The notes beneath the pieces were generated by a model that was given only the letters and a program-made list of their open reading frames with translations, did no database searches and had not been told where the DNA came from. From NCBI GenBank assembly GCA_013334865.1, contig JAAXWS010000001.1:31067-95066 (forward strand): a stretch of DNA of 64,000 nucleotides, written 5' to 3'. This document shows, in pieces, positions 40,890 through 50,190 of this stretch. The stretch is from Chlorobiaceae bacterium. GTDB taxonomy: Bacteria; Bacteroidota; Chlorobiia; Chlorobiales; Chlorobiaceae. The number at the start of each line of letters is the position of its first letter. Positions within the stretch are counted from its first letter, which is position 1. A program made the position numbers and the translations under genes.

Positions 40890-41864
40890 TCAGTGCTGGC
40901 GCTTCATCACAAAATCCACAAGGAGACGGAGGGAGTTCTTTGCATCGTTCTCGGGAAAGCGGGAGATCGATTCGAGAGCCTTCGAGGCGAACCCTTCGGC
41001 CACGTCGGCCGCATATTCCAGACCGCCCTTGGCTTTGACGAAATCGATCACCTCGGTGCTCCTGACGGCACGCTTCTTCGAACTCTTCAGGATGGACCTG
41101 ATCATGTTCTGTTCGCCCTTGTCGGCATGCCGGAGGGCATAGATCAGCGGAAGGGTGATCTTGCGGTCCTTGATGTCGATGCCGAGCTGCTTGCCGGTTT
41201 TTTTCGAATCGCCGGTATAGTCCAGCAGGTCGTCCCTGATCTGGAAGGCCAGCCCGAGATACTCGCCGTAATCCCTCAGGCTCGCGATATCCTCCTCGGA
41301 GGAGGTCGCGCTGGCGGCGCCGATGGCGCAGGAGGTGGCGATCAGCGAACCGGTCTTGCCGGCGATGACGCCGATGTAGTCCTCCTCGGTAATATCGAGG
41401 CTCCTGGTCTTCTGGATCTGCAGGATCTCCGCCTCGCTCATCCTCCTGACCGCGTCGGATACCAGGTGGAGCGAACGGTAGTCGTTGTTTTCAAGGGAGT
41501 AGAGCAGCCCTTTCGAGAGAAGGTAGTCACCGATGAGCACCGAAATCTTGTTCTTCCACAACGCGTTGATCGATGGAATGCCGCGGCGCATCTCCGCGCC
41601 GTCGACGACATCGTCGTGGATCAGGGTTGCCGAATGCAGCAGTTCCACCATGATCGCACCGCGATAGGTGACGTCCCCTACCGTCCCGACGGCCTTGGCC
41701 GAAAGGAGCACCAGGAGGGGCCGGATCTGCTTGCCCTGCTGCTTCAGGACGTAACGCGTGACTTTGTCCACCAGGCTGTTGCTGGAGTGCAGGACGGTCT
41801 TGTAACGCTCCTGAAACAGTTTCAGCTCTTCCGAGACCGATGAGGTAACCTCTTTGATATCCAC
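40890..41864 (-). CDS. ispB: Polyprenyl diphosphate synthase (trans-IPPS, octaprenyl/solanesyl type)
   Basis: 324 aa with the two Asp-rich motifs LIHDDVVD and FQIRDDLLD. The start codon at 41862-41864 is GTG. Confidence 0.85.
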   Translation of the reverse strand: MDIKEVTSSVSEELKLFQERYKTVLHSSNSLVDKVTRYVLKQQGKQIRPLLVLLSAKAVGTVGDVTYRGAIMVELLHSATLIHDDVVDGAEMRRGIPSINALWKNKISVLIGDYLLSKGLLYSLENNDYRSLHLVSDAVRRMSEAEILQIQKTRSLDITEEDYIGVIAGKTGSLIATSCAIGAASATSSEEDIASLRDYGEYLGLAFQIRDDLLDYTGDSKKTGKQLGIDIKDRKITLPLIYALRHADKGEQNMIRSILKSSKKRAVRSTEVIDFVKAKGGLEYAADVAEGFASKALESISRFPENDAKNSLRLLVDFVMKRQH

Positions 41865-42150
41865 TGAATACGTTAGCTTAAATGCTTATGCCGGATCATG
41901 ACGGCTTACGTTCAAATTGGTAAGAAGTTATCGATATTTCAATGATTAAAAAAATCACCCGCGGCCGGCACGTCCCGGCCTGCCGAGCAGTTGCACGGTG
42001 ATAAAAAACCATTTGCGCCCAATACGGTTCTTTTAGTACACTATAATCCGGATTACGGGTTGTCTCCGCATGATGTTCGTCGCCCCACCCTATCATCCCG
42101 AAGTTTTCCAATAAGCTGAACGTCGCCGGTCGACGGTCCCCCGATTCTCC

Positions 42151-43071
42151 ATGAGTAACGACACCGAACCCATACAGCCAGATTCCGGCAACGCCGGTGC
42201 CGGCATCGGAGAGCCTGCAGCAGAAACGGCAGGCAGCGTCCCGGCTTTGCCCGACGAGACTCCTGCTGCCCTCCAGCTGCAGCCTGCAACCGCGGCGGAC
42301 GAACTCCCGGAACCGGAGCTGGAGGCGGAAGAGGGTGGCATGTCATTCTTCGACCATCTGGACGAGATCCGCATCCGGCTCTTCAGGGCGGGGATCTTTT
42401 TCGTGATCGCCACCATCGTCTGCGGCGTCTACGCCGATTTCCTGGTCAACCGGGTGCTCATCGGTCCCCTGAAAGACAGCGGACCGAACATCGTGCTGCA
42501 GAACCTCGTCCCCTACGGCCAGATCTCGCTCTACCTGCAGGTGGTCGTCTTCTCTGGCTTCGTGCTCTCCTTCCCGGCACTCGCCTGGCAGGTATGGAAA
42601 TTCGTCGAGCCGGGCCTCCACGAGCGTGAACGGAAGGCCAGCAGGTTCGTAACGCTCTTCATCTCCGCCTGTTTCTTCAGCGGCATCGCCTTCGGCTACT
42701 TCGTCTTCCTTCCGATCTCGCTCAGGTTCTTCGCAGGCTTCGGCTCCCCGCTCATCAGGAACAATATCGCCGTCGCCGACTACGTCAGCTTCTTCCTCAG
42801 CACCCTCCTGACCGCCGGGCTGGTTTTCGAACTGCCGTTCATCTCCTACGTCCTCTCGAAGGTGGGCCTCCTGACGCCCGCGTTCATGCGGTTCTACCGC
42901 AAGCACTCCGTCGTCGCGATGCTGATCATCGCGGCCGTCGTGACGCCGTCGACCGACCTGGTCACGCAGATGGTCATCGCGGTCCCGATGATCCTCCTCT
43001 ACGAGCTGAGCATCTTCATCTCGGCCGCCGTGCAACGCAACAGGAACCGCAAGGAGCTCCTGGAGCACTGA
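42151..43071 (+). CDS. tatC: Twin-arginine translocase subunit TatC
   Basis: The conserved TatC core begins at MSFFDHLDEIRIRL (ATG 42340). The ATG at 42151 would add a 63-aa acidic Pro/Ala-rich extension, so the true start is unresolved. Confidence 0.85.
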   Translation: MSNDTEPIQPDSGNAGAGIGEPAAETAGSVPALPDETPAALQLQPATAADELPEPELEAEEGGMSFFDHLDEIRIRLFRAGIFFVIATIVCGVYADFLVNRVLIGPLKDSGPNIVLQNLVPYGQISLYLQVVVFSGFVLSFPALAWQVWKFVEPGLHERERKASRFVTLFISACFFSGIAFGYFVFLPISLRFFAGFGSPLIRNNIAVADYVSFFLSTLLTAGLVFELPFISYVLSKVGLLTPAFMRFYRKHSVVAMLIIAAVVTPSTDLVTQMVIAVPMILLYELSIFISAAVQRNRNRKELLEH

Positions 43072-44096
43072 TGGAGGGAGCTGGCCGACAACGCCCGAAC
43101 CTGGTGTTCGAGACGGTTCCAGGGCGTACCCTCGAGGGCAACCCGCTGCACGATCCGTCAGCAAGGATCCTGCCGGTCTGCCTGCCACCCGGCTACGACG
43201 GTTCGAAACGCTTCCCCGTGATCTACCTGCTGGCCGGCTTCGCCTCGACCGGCATGAGCTTCATGAACTTCAGCTTCGGCCGGCCTACGGTGCCGGAAAT
43301 GCTCGACGCCATGATGCGGGAAGGAGCGATGGCGGAAGCGATCGTGGTGATGCCCGACTGCATGACCAGGTACGGAGGTTCGCAGTATGTCGATTCAGAG
43401 GCCACGGGACCCTATGAAACCTACCTGACCGAAGAGGTCGTCCCGTTCGTCGACGCTCGCTTCAGGACGCTTGCGGAGAGCCGGCACCGGGCAGTTGCCG
43501 GCAAGTCGTCGGGGGGATTCGGCGCACTCAGGCTCGGCATGCGTCATCCCGGCCTTTTTTCGGCGGTGGCCTGCCACAGCGGGGACATGGGCTTCGAGCT
43601 CTGCTACCGTCCGAACTTCCCTTCGGCGGCACGGACGCTCGAGCGGTATGGCGGCAGCATCGCCTCCTTCTTCGGCAACTGGGAGTCGCTCGACAAGAAG
43701 CCCCGCGGCGAGTTCGCCCTGCTCGACGCCATGGCCATGGCCGCGGCCTACTCCCCCGACCCGTCCAGACAGCCCCCTGAGAACATGCGCCTGCCGTTCG
43801 AGCTGCGCACCTGCGAGCTGGTGCCGGAGATATGGGAGCGCTGGCTTGAGTTCGACCCGCTGGTCATGATCGAAGAGGAGAGGTATCGGGAGGCGCTGGG
43901 GTCGCTCGGCGAACTCTTCCTCGACTGCGGTTCGCAGGATGAGTACAACCTCCAGTTCGGGCTCAGGAGATTTTCCGGACTCGCCTCAGCGGCCGGCATC
44001 AGGCACCGCTGCGAGGAGTTCCCCGATTCGCACGCCGACACCTCCTACCGCTACCGGCGCTCACTTCCGCTGCTTGCCGCCGCGATTGCCGGCTGA
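43071..44096 (+). CDS. Esterase-family alpha/beta hydrolase (putative esterase / enterochelin-esterase-like)
   Basis: 341 aa. Its ATG overlaps the tatC stop (tgatg). The nucleophile region is AVAGKSSGGFGAL. Confidence 0.75.
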   Translation: MEGAGRQRPNLVFETVPGRTLEGNPLHDPSARILPVCLPPGYDGSKRFPVIYLLAGFASTGMSFMNFSFGRPTVPEMLDAMMREGAMAEAIVVMPDCMTRYGGSQYVDSEATGPYETYLTEEVVPFVDARFRTLAESRHRAVAGKSSGGFGALRLGMRHPGLFSAVACHSGDMGFELCYRPNFPSAARTLERYGGSIASFFGNWESLDKKPRGEFALLDAMAMAAAYSPDPSRQPPENMRLPFELRTCELVPEIWERWLEFDPLVMIEEERYREALGSLGELFLDCGSQDEYNLQFGLRRFSGLASAAGIRHRCEEFPDSHADTSYRYRRSLPLLAAAIAG

Positions 44097-44720
44097 CGAC
44101 GCGGCCGCGACGAGACGCCCGTAGAGCTCGACGGTCCTGGCACGCAGCTCCTCCAGCGTGCCGTTGTTCCAGATCACGAAATCCGCACGTTCCACCAGGC
44201 GCTCCTGCGGCCACTGCGCCCGCATCCTCCGCAGCACCTCCTCCCGGTTCCCGAGGCCTCGCGAAACGGCCCGTTCGATCCTGAGCTGGTCGTCGGCCGC
44301 TACGACCACGATCAGGTCGAGATCCCCGGCCTTCCCCGATTCGAACATGATGGCCGCCTCCTTGCAGAGGATTTTCCGACCCTCCCTCCGGCACCGCTCC
44401 ACTTCCCGGTCGAACGCCTCGAAGACCTTCGGGTGGATCAGCGCGTTCAGGGCCTCGAGCTTCCCCCTGTCGGAAAAGACGGCCGCGGCGATCGCCCTGC
44501 GGTCGACGACGAGCGTCCCGTCCGCCTGTCGGGTATAGACCTCATTGCCGAAAAGCTCCGCGATGCCGCGGATGACACCCGGGTCGGTGACCTGGAGCTC
44601 CCTCGACACCCGGTCGGCCTCGAACAGCTCGCAACCGAGCCCGGCAAGGATCGAGCAGACCGTGCTCTTGCCGCTCCCGATCCCGCCGGTCACACCCACC
44701 AGCAATGGTTTTCCGCCCAT
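44061..44720 (-). CDS. coaE: Dephospho-CoA kinase
   Basis: P-loop VGVTGGIGSGKST. ATG at 44718-44720. Its 3' end overlaps the convergent esterase gene by 36 nt. Confidence 0.85.
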   Translation of the reverse strand: MGGKPLLVGVTGGIGSGKSTVCSILAGLGCELFEADRVSRELQVTDPGVIRGIAELFGNEVYTRQADGTLVVDRRAIAAAVFSDRGKLEALNALIHPKVFEAFDREVERCRREGRKILCKEAAIMFESGKAGDLDLIVVVAADDQLRIERAVSRGLGNREEVLRRMRAQWPQERLVERADFVIWNNGTLEELRARTVELYGRLVAAASSAGNRGGKQRK

Positions 44721-44725
44721 GGCCG

Positions 44726-45079
44726 TCACGGTTGCCGACGAAGGTTCTTGCGGACCTGGGCCAGCACGTCCCCCCAGAGCTGAGGATTCTTCGAGTAGCT
44801 GCGGAGCTTCGCGTCGAAGGTTTTACGGTCGAGGCCGTTGCGGGCGAACAGGGAGTCCAGCTCCGCTCCCGACAAGGCGACGCCCGGTGATGAGCTGTCT
44901 GGACGGAGCGTACCCGAACGCTGAAGGTACTCGCCGTAGAGTGCGGCGAACTTCATGTCCGAAGCATCGAGCTTCGCCCCGGGCTGCAGTCCGCAGCCGG
45001 AGAGGAGGAGCGCGAAAACCGCCAGGGCGTGGCCCCTGCGCCATATCCCGGCGATGCCGAACGACACCGTATTGCTCAT
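44726..45079 (-). CDS. Small lipoprotein, function unknown
   Basis: 117 aa with the lipobox LLLSGC. ATG at 45077-45079. Confidence 0.6.
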   Translation of the reverse strand: MSNTVSFGIAGIWRRGHALAVFALLLSGCGLQPGAKLDASDMKFAALYGEYLQRSGTLRPDSSSPGVALSGAELDSLFARNGLDRKTFDAKLRSYSKNPQLWGDVLAQVRKNLRRQP

Positions 45080-45199
45080 GGATCTATCGATTAAAAAACG
45101 TTTTACATTATTTTCAACCTGGAGAAACTAAAACAGCCTCAGGACAGTTCAAAGATACTTTCCGACTTCATTTGTGCAACCAACCAAACTCCTATTCAC

Positions 45200-45802
45200 A
45201 TGGCATACCAGCAACCACCGCTTCCCTACGCCGACAACGCGCTCGAACCGACCATCTCGGCCAATACCATCGGTTTCCACCACGGCAAGCACCACGCCAC
45301 CTATGTCAAGAATTACAACGGCCTGGTCGAGGGTACGCCATTCGACTCCCAGCCGATCGAAGAGGTGATCCGTGCCACCGCTTCGGATGCCTCGAAGGTC
45401 GGCGTGTTCAACAACGCCGCACAGGCATGGAACCACACCTTCTACTGGAACTGCCTCACCCCGAGCGGAGGCGGCGTACCGACCGGAGAGCTCGCCGCGA
45501 AGATCGACGCCGATTTCGGCAGCTTCGACAAGTTCAAGGAGGAGCTGAAGAACGCCGCTGCCACCCAGTTCGGAAGCGGATGGGCCTGGCTCGTGCTCGA
45601 CAACGGCACCCTGAAGGTGGTGAAGACCGGCAACGCCCAGACCCCGCTGACCAGCGGCCAGGCCCCGCTGCTCTGCATCGACGTTTGGGAGCACGCCTAC
45701 TACCTCGACTACCAGAACCGCCGTCCGGACCACGTCGCCGCGGTCATCGACAACCTGCTGAACTGGAAGTTCGCCGCCGAGAACTACAGCGCCGCGAAAT
45801 AA
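45200..45802 (+). CDS. sodB: Superoxide dismutase (Fe/Mn family, Fe-type pattern)
   Basis: 200 aa with LPYADNALEP, HHGKHH and DVWEHAYYLDYQNRR. Confidence 0.95.
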   Translation: MAYQQPPLPYADNALEPTISANTIGFHHGKHHATYVKNYNGLVEGTPFDSQPIEEVIRATASDASKVGVFNNAAQAWNHTFYWNCLTPSGGGVPTGELAAKIDADFGSFDKFKEELKNAAATQFGSGWAWLVLDNGTLKVVKTGNAQTPLTSGQAPLLCIDVWEHAYYLDYQNRRPDHVAAVIDNLLNWKFAAENYSAAK

Positions 45803-45825
45803 ATCGGCGATTCAGCGTCAATTCC

Positions 45826-45856
45826 GAAAGGCCCCCATCAAGGGGTCTTTCTTTTT
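45826..45856 (+). terminator. Rho-independent terminator of sodB
   Basis: gaaaggcccc-catcaa-ggggtctttc (one G-U pair) followed by ttttt. Confidence 0.7.
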
Positions 45857-45858
45857 CT

Positions 45859-45900
45859 CATGAGGATTTCGAGCACCGACCAACGCAGCAATCGAATCGC
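45859..45900 (+). repeat. Second copy of the 42-nt intergenic repeat element
   Basis: catgaggatttcgagcaccgaccaacgcagcaatcgaatcgc is identical to 24180-24221 at 39 of 42 positions. It lies between the sodB terminator and the 3' end of the minus-strand lipoprotein gene. Confidence 0.8.
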
Positions 45901-45922
45901 TAAACAGTTTAACCGATAAGAT

Positions 45923-46786
45923 TCACAGCCACGGCATGCGCTCGACCTCATCCAGATTCACCACCTTTGCCTTCGAGGGCCTCCTGAAGGTGATCCTGAG
46001 GTCCGGCGGGTTGACGACCCTTTCATCGTAGACCACCCGGAGGCTGTGCGAGCTGTCGGTCTCTTCCGGACGGTAGAGGGCCATGTCGATCTCCCTGGGC
46101 ACCCGCACCTCGCCACCCGCACCCTGCTGTGCCAGGAAACCGGAGAACCGGAACTCGACGCTCTTGCGCCCCATGGCGTCGAGCAGCGTCAGCCCTTCGA
46201 GCGCCCTGGAAGCCTCGTCGACGACCAGCACCTTGCGTCCTCCCACGGACCGGACCGTATAGCTCACCTTGCCCGACCCCTGCCTGACCGACTCGATGGC
46301 GCCCTCCGGCTCGGGGATCCCGGCGATGCCGAACAGGGTTTCGGTCAGCTGGCCGAACCTCGCCTGGACACCGAGGATCTTTTCAAGGTTCCGGCCGTTG
46401 TTCCTGCCGACGAGCATCCTGTTGTTGAGCATGTCGTGCACGAACAGCGAATCCGGCCTGATGAGCATATCGGCGACCGGCCAGTTGAGGAGGCCTGCGG
46501 TCACGATCAGCCTGGCATCCCCGTCCCGGTGCAACTGCACGTTGCAGTAGGCCTTTGCCGTCTTCCCCGGCGACCTGAGGAAGAGGTCCGCATAGCCGTC
46601 CAGCGCCTCGACCCGGGCCGATCCTTCAGCCGCATCGCGGTACAGCCGTCTCAATTCCGGCGTCAGCGCCACACGCTCCGTCGGAGCCTCCGGCGCCCGT
46701 ATGGCGGTCTGCATCCCGGAACAGCCGGCGACCGCCACCAGCGCAAGCATGCTGCAGACATTCCTGATCGTTCTCTTCATCGTCAT
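45923..46786 (-). CDS. Outer-membrane lipoprotein, LolB-like / DUF4292-like (tentative)
   Basis: ATG at 46784-46786 (MTMKRTIRNVCSMLALVAVAGCSG lipobox). The track ORF to 47197 is read-through into the divergent promoter region. Confidence 0.65.
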   Translation of the reverse strand: MTMKRTIRNVCSMLALVAVAGCSGMQTAIRAPEAPTERVALTPELRRLYRDAAEGSARVEALDGYADLFLRSPGKTAKAYCNVQLHRDGDARLIVTAGLLNWPVADMLIRPDSLFVHDMLNNRMLVGRNNGRNLEKILGVQARFGQLTETLFGIAGIPEPEGAIESVRQGSGKVSYTVRSVGGRKVLVVDEASRALEGLTLLDAMGRKSVEFRFSGFLAQQGAGGEVRVPREIDMALYRPEETDSSHSLRVVYDERVVNPPDLRITFRRPSKAKVVNLDEVERMPWL

Positions 46787-46940
46787 CTCCGTCACCTGTT
46801 CTTCATCCGTCGTGCCGTCCTGTTGCCAAGCCGGGGTTTCTCCCACAATATTGCGGCCGCGGCAAGGTTCATAGCCGTGAAATGTTATTTTACAGCAATT
46901 CGATCCGCCATCAAAACACGAAACACAGAGATTTTCATCC

Positions 46941-48125
46941 ATGCGAGCACTGCACCTCAAACCAAAGGAACACCGGAGGCTGCTCAGCGGGCACCTGTGG
47001 GTCTTCAGCAACGAACTCCGTGAAGTCCCGAGGGATATCGCCGCCGGCGAGACCGTGCAGCTCTTCACCCACGACAACCGGCTCCTCGGCACCGGGTTCT
47101 TCAACCCGCAGTCGCTCATCGCCTTCAGGCTCCTCACCAGGAGCGAAGAGCAGCCGGACCGCGAATTCTTCCGCCGCAAGATCCTCGAAGCCCTCAAGCT
47201 CCGGCAGAAGGTCTACCCCGAGAGCGTGACCAACGCCTGGCGACTCGTGCACGGCGAATCCGACGGGCTCCCCGGCCTGGTGATCGACCGGTTCGACCGG
47301 GCGCTCGTCCTGCAGTCCTTCTCGGCCGGCATGGACCGTCACCTGCCCCTCATCACCGAAGTGCTGAAAGAGGTGTTCGACCCCAAAGCCATCGTGATCC
47401 GGAATGAAGCCCAGCTGCGTGAACTCGAAGGACTCCCGCTCTACCGGGAGATGGTGCTCGGCAGCCCCGAAGACGCGCTGCAGGTGATCGTCGACGACGG
47501 CATCAGCTTCCGGGTCAACATCCTCGAAGGGCAGAAAACCGGATTCTTCCTCGACCAGCGGGAAAACCGCCGGATCGTCAGGAAATACGCGGCCGAAGCC
47601 GACGTGCTCGACGTGTACACCAACGACGGCGGGTTCGCGCTCAACGCCATGCACGCCGGTGCGCGATCGACCACCATGATCGACATCTCGCAGGAGGCCT
47701 TGCAGCGCGCCGAACAGAATGCGCGCATGAACGGCATGAAGGAGTTCTCCATCGTCGCCGCGGACGCCTTCGAGGCCCTTGCCGGGCTCAAGCAGGCGAA
47801 CCGTGCCTTCGACCTGGTCGTCCTCGACCCCCCGAGCTTCACCAAGAGCCGCAAGACCGTGCCCACGGCCCTCAAGGCCTACGCAAAGCTCAACAGGCTC
47901 GGCCTGCAGCTGGTCAGGGACGAAGGGTTCCTGGCCACCGCCTCGTGCTCGCACCACATCGCCGAAGAGGACTTCCTTGCCGCCGTGCACCTCGGGGCGA
48001 TGCAGGCGGGCAAGCACCTCCGCATGATCTACCGAAACTCCCAGCCGGCAGACCACCCGGTCCTGCTTTCGATGCCTGAAACCGGCTACCTCAAGTTCGC
48101 CTGCTTCTACGTCACCAGCCTCTGA
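46941..48125 (+). CDS. rlmI: Class I SAM-dependent rRNA (cytosine-C5) methyltransferase with PUA-like N-terminus (RlmI family)
   Basis: 394 aa with [29 protein letters not shown] and VVLDPPSF. Confidence 0.85.
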   Translation: MRALHLKPKEHRRLLSGHLWVFSNELREVPRDIAAGETVQLFTHDNRLLGTGFFNPQSLIAFRLLTRSEEQPDREFFRRKILEALKLRQKVYPESVTNAWRLVHGESDGLPGLVIDRFDRALVLQSFSAGMDRHLPLITEVLKEVFDPKAIVIRNEAQLRELEGLPLYREMVLGSPEDALQVIVDDGISFRVNILEGQKTGFFLDQRENRRIVRKYAAEADVLDVYTNDGGFALNAMHAGARSTTMIDISQEALQRAEQNARMNGMKEFSIVAADAFEALAGLKQANRAFDLVVLDPPSFTKSRKTVPTALKAYAKLNRLGLQLVRDEGFLATASCSHHIAEEDFLAAVHLGAMQAGKHLRMIYRNSQPADHPVLLSMPETGYLKFACFYVTSL

Positions 48126-48135
48126 CCCCATGACG

Positions 48136-48169
48136 CCTCCCGAAGCAGGTGCTCTCCTGCTTCGGGAGG
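48136..48169 (+). terminator. Perfect 14-bp hairpin after rlmI
   Basis: cctcccgaagcagg-tgctct-cctgcttcgggagg, 10 nt after the stop. Confidence 0.6.
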
Positions 48170-48180
48170 GAAGGCCTCGC

Positions 48181-48205
48181 GCTGCTCTTTGAAAAAAAGA
48201 GCAGC
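48181..48205 (+). terminator. Second hairpin (10-bp stem) directly downstream of the first
   Basis: gctgctcttt-gaaaa-aaagagcagc. Confidence 0.5.
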
Positions 48206-48459
48206 ACGGTATGGATCCCCATATATTTTACATATATTATCTGATAGCAGTCACCCGGAAGGCACCGTTTCCGCCTTCTGCCCTCCCCCTCTCGAAGCAC
48301 TGGCCGCCAAACGACGATAGAACGGCCTGCCCGTCATTACCTGAAGTACCATAGTATCGCAAACCGGACGTACCGGTTTGCTCACATTCGTCGAACGGAC
48401 CTGCAAGTCCGGACGCGATCATGCTCAAGGCAATGAAAAACCGCCCGAAGGAGGCAACC

Positions 48460-49140
48460 ATGGCAAGGGAAAAATCCGCCGTCTCGAAGTCGCTCAACCT
48501 CATTGCAAGCACCTGCATGCTGCTGCTTGGGATTGCATGCTCCTCCGGCTCAGCTTTTTCGGCTGTCAATCCTGCTCCGGCAAATCCCGCTCCAGAGGTG
48601 TCGAAGCTTTTGAACGGAGAAGTCGTCGTGAACACCTCGGCGCTCGACGACGGCGTGACCGGCGTCACCGCGCAGGTGTACATTGACGCCTCACCCGAGC
48701 AGATCTGGCGGGCGCTGACCGATTACGACAACCAGAAGCACTTCCTCCCGAAGGTCGTCGACAGCGGCCTGATCTCGGACAATGGCTCTGAACAGGTGAT
48801 GTTCCAGACGGGGCGGTCCGGCGTGCTCTTCTTCAGGAAAACGGTGCACGTCAAGCTCAGGATCAAGGGAGAGCCGCTGAGGCGGCTCGCATTCCAGCAG
48901 ATCGAAGGGGATTTCAAGGTCTACCACGGCGAGTGGGTTATCGACAGCGCGTCCGGAGGCAGGGGGGCGACCCTCACTTTCAGGGCGGAGATCAAGCCCG
49001 ATTTCTTCGCCCCCGCCTTCTTCATCAGGAACGTCCAGGAAAAGGACCTGCCGATGGTGCTCGGCGCCATGAAAAAACGCGCCGAATCGGCCGGCGCCAT
49101 AGGCAAGTCCGTGAAGATACTCCAGTCCGACGCATCATGA
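48460..49140 (+). CDS. SRPBCC-fold (polyketide cyclase/dehydrase-like) lipoprotein
   Basis: ATG at 48460 lies 7 nt after a strong aaggagg Shine-Dalgarno sequence. It has the lipobox LLLGIACSS and the SRPBCC pattern IWRALTDYDNQKHFLP...GDFKVYHGEW. The track ORF starts at 48421. Confidence 0.75.
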   Translation: MAREKSAVSKSLNLIASTCMLLLGIACSSGSAFSAVNPAPANPAPEVSKLLNGEVVVNTSALDDGVTGVTAQVYIDASPEQIWRALTDYDNQKHFLPKVVDSGLISDNGSEQVMFQTGRSGVLFFRKTVHVKLRIKGEPLRRLAFQQIEGDFKVYHGEWVIDSASGGRGATLTFRAEIKPDFFAPAFFIRNVQEKDLPMVLGAMKKRAESAGAIGKSVKILQSDAS

Positions 49141-49172
49141 ACCCCGTCGATGGATGATCGGACTGGTGCTCA

Positions 49173-50000
49173 TCAATCGATGAGGCCCTTGGCGCGCAGC
49201 GCCTCGAGCGCGATCTCCCGGCGAAGGGGCAGCTCTTCCCTTTTTCGGACCTCCATGTTCATGGCGAAAAGCCAGACCCGCCCGCCCTTTTCCACATAAC
49301 CGACATACCAGCCGACCTGGGGAGTCACCCCTGCGGCCCAGCCGCTCTTCGCCCGAAGAGTATATCCCTGTTCATCGTCAACGGCCATGATTCCGCGCAG
49401 CGTTTCGTAGGCGGAATCCCTGAACGGAAGGGTGCGACGGCAAAGCTTTCTCAGGAACGCCACCTGCTCCTGTGCACTGATCACCAGGGTACCGTCGAGC
49501 CAGAAGGTGGCAGTGTCGAACGGCTCGCCAAGCTTCCCGTAAGCGCAGCGGCGGATGTAGCCACGATACTTCTCCGCCCCCACCCGCCGGGCCAGCTCCT
49601 GGTAGTACCAGACGCACGAGGAGCTGAACGCGCTCCCGAGCGTCTGGTCGCGGTTCCAGTCCGGAAAATCCCGAACGGTGCCGTCCCACCGGATCACCTC
49701 GTCCCGCCCCTTCACGGCCCCCTCCTGGAGCGCGATGAGCGTATTGAGGATCTTGAAGGTTGAGGCCGCAGGGAAGCGGAGGTCTGCTCGATCCGCATCA
49801 TGGACGAAGGTATCACACCCGTCAAGGGAGGAGATCACCATGGTCCCCTTCACGCCTCTCCGTTCGAAAACGGCCTCCAGGTCCCGATCACCGCCAAGAA
49901 GCTTCAGCGGGCAGAAAAGACCGATGATGAGAAGCGCAAGCAGGGCCCGCAGCCGCAGCATACGGGATGCAGAGGATGTGGGATGATTCAGGGCCGCCAT
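49173..50000 (-). CDS. Class D (OXA-type) beta-lactamase family protein
   Basis: 275 aa with a signal peptide and the active-site STFK. It also has an SxV-equivalent region (SSSCVWYYQELARR), YGK, FWLDGTLVISAQEQVAFL and KSGW. Confidence 0.85.
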   Translation of the reverse strand: MAALNHPTSSASRMLRLRALLALLIIGLFCPLKLLGGDRDLEAVFERRGVKGTMVISSLDGCDTFVHDADRADLRFPAASTFKILNTLIALQEGAVKGRDEVIRWDGTVRDFPDWNRDQTLGSAFSSSCVWYYQELARRVGAEKYRGYIRRCAYGKLGEPFDTATFWLDGTLVISAQEQVAFLRKLCRRTLPFRDSAYETLRGIMAVDDEQGYTLRAKSGWAAGVTPQVGWYVGYVEKGGRVWLFAMNMEVRKREELPLRREIALEALRAKGLID

Positions 50001-50190
50001 ACAGGTTCACGAAAAAAGTTGGACTGACAAGAGCTCTCTTCCATCTTGCAATATACGTACGCCGGATCTCCTGTGCCGATTCGCCGAAAAAGCGCCGGCA
50101 GGCATTTTTTCAGGGATGGTTTCCCGGTGGAAGCCGTATCTTCAATGACGATCCCCAAGGGACCTCAGCAATGCATTACCCGATCCTGCA

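Noticed and set aside
41865-42150. A possible small RNA or promoter in the ispB-tatC divergent gap (tataat at about 42051, hairpin ggccgg-cacgtc-ccggcc at about 41972).
   Set aside because: These are short, individually weak signals with no repeat, conservation evidence or recognisable family. They are consistent with ordinary divergent promoters.
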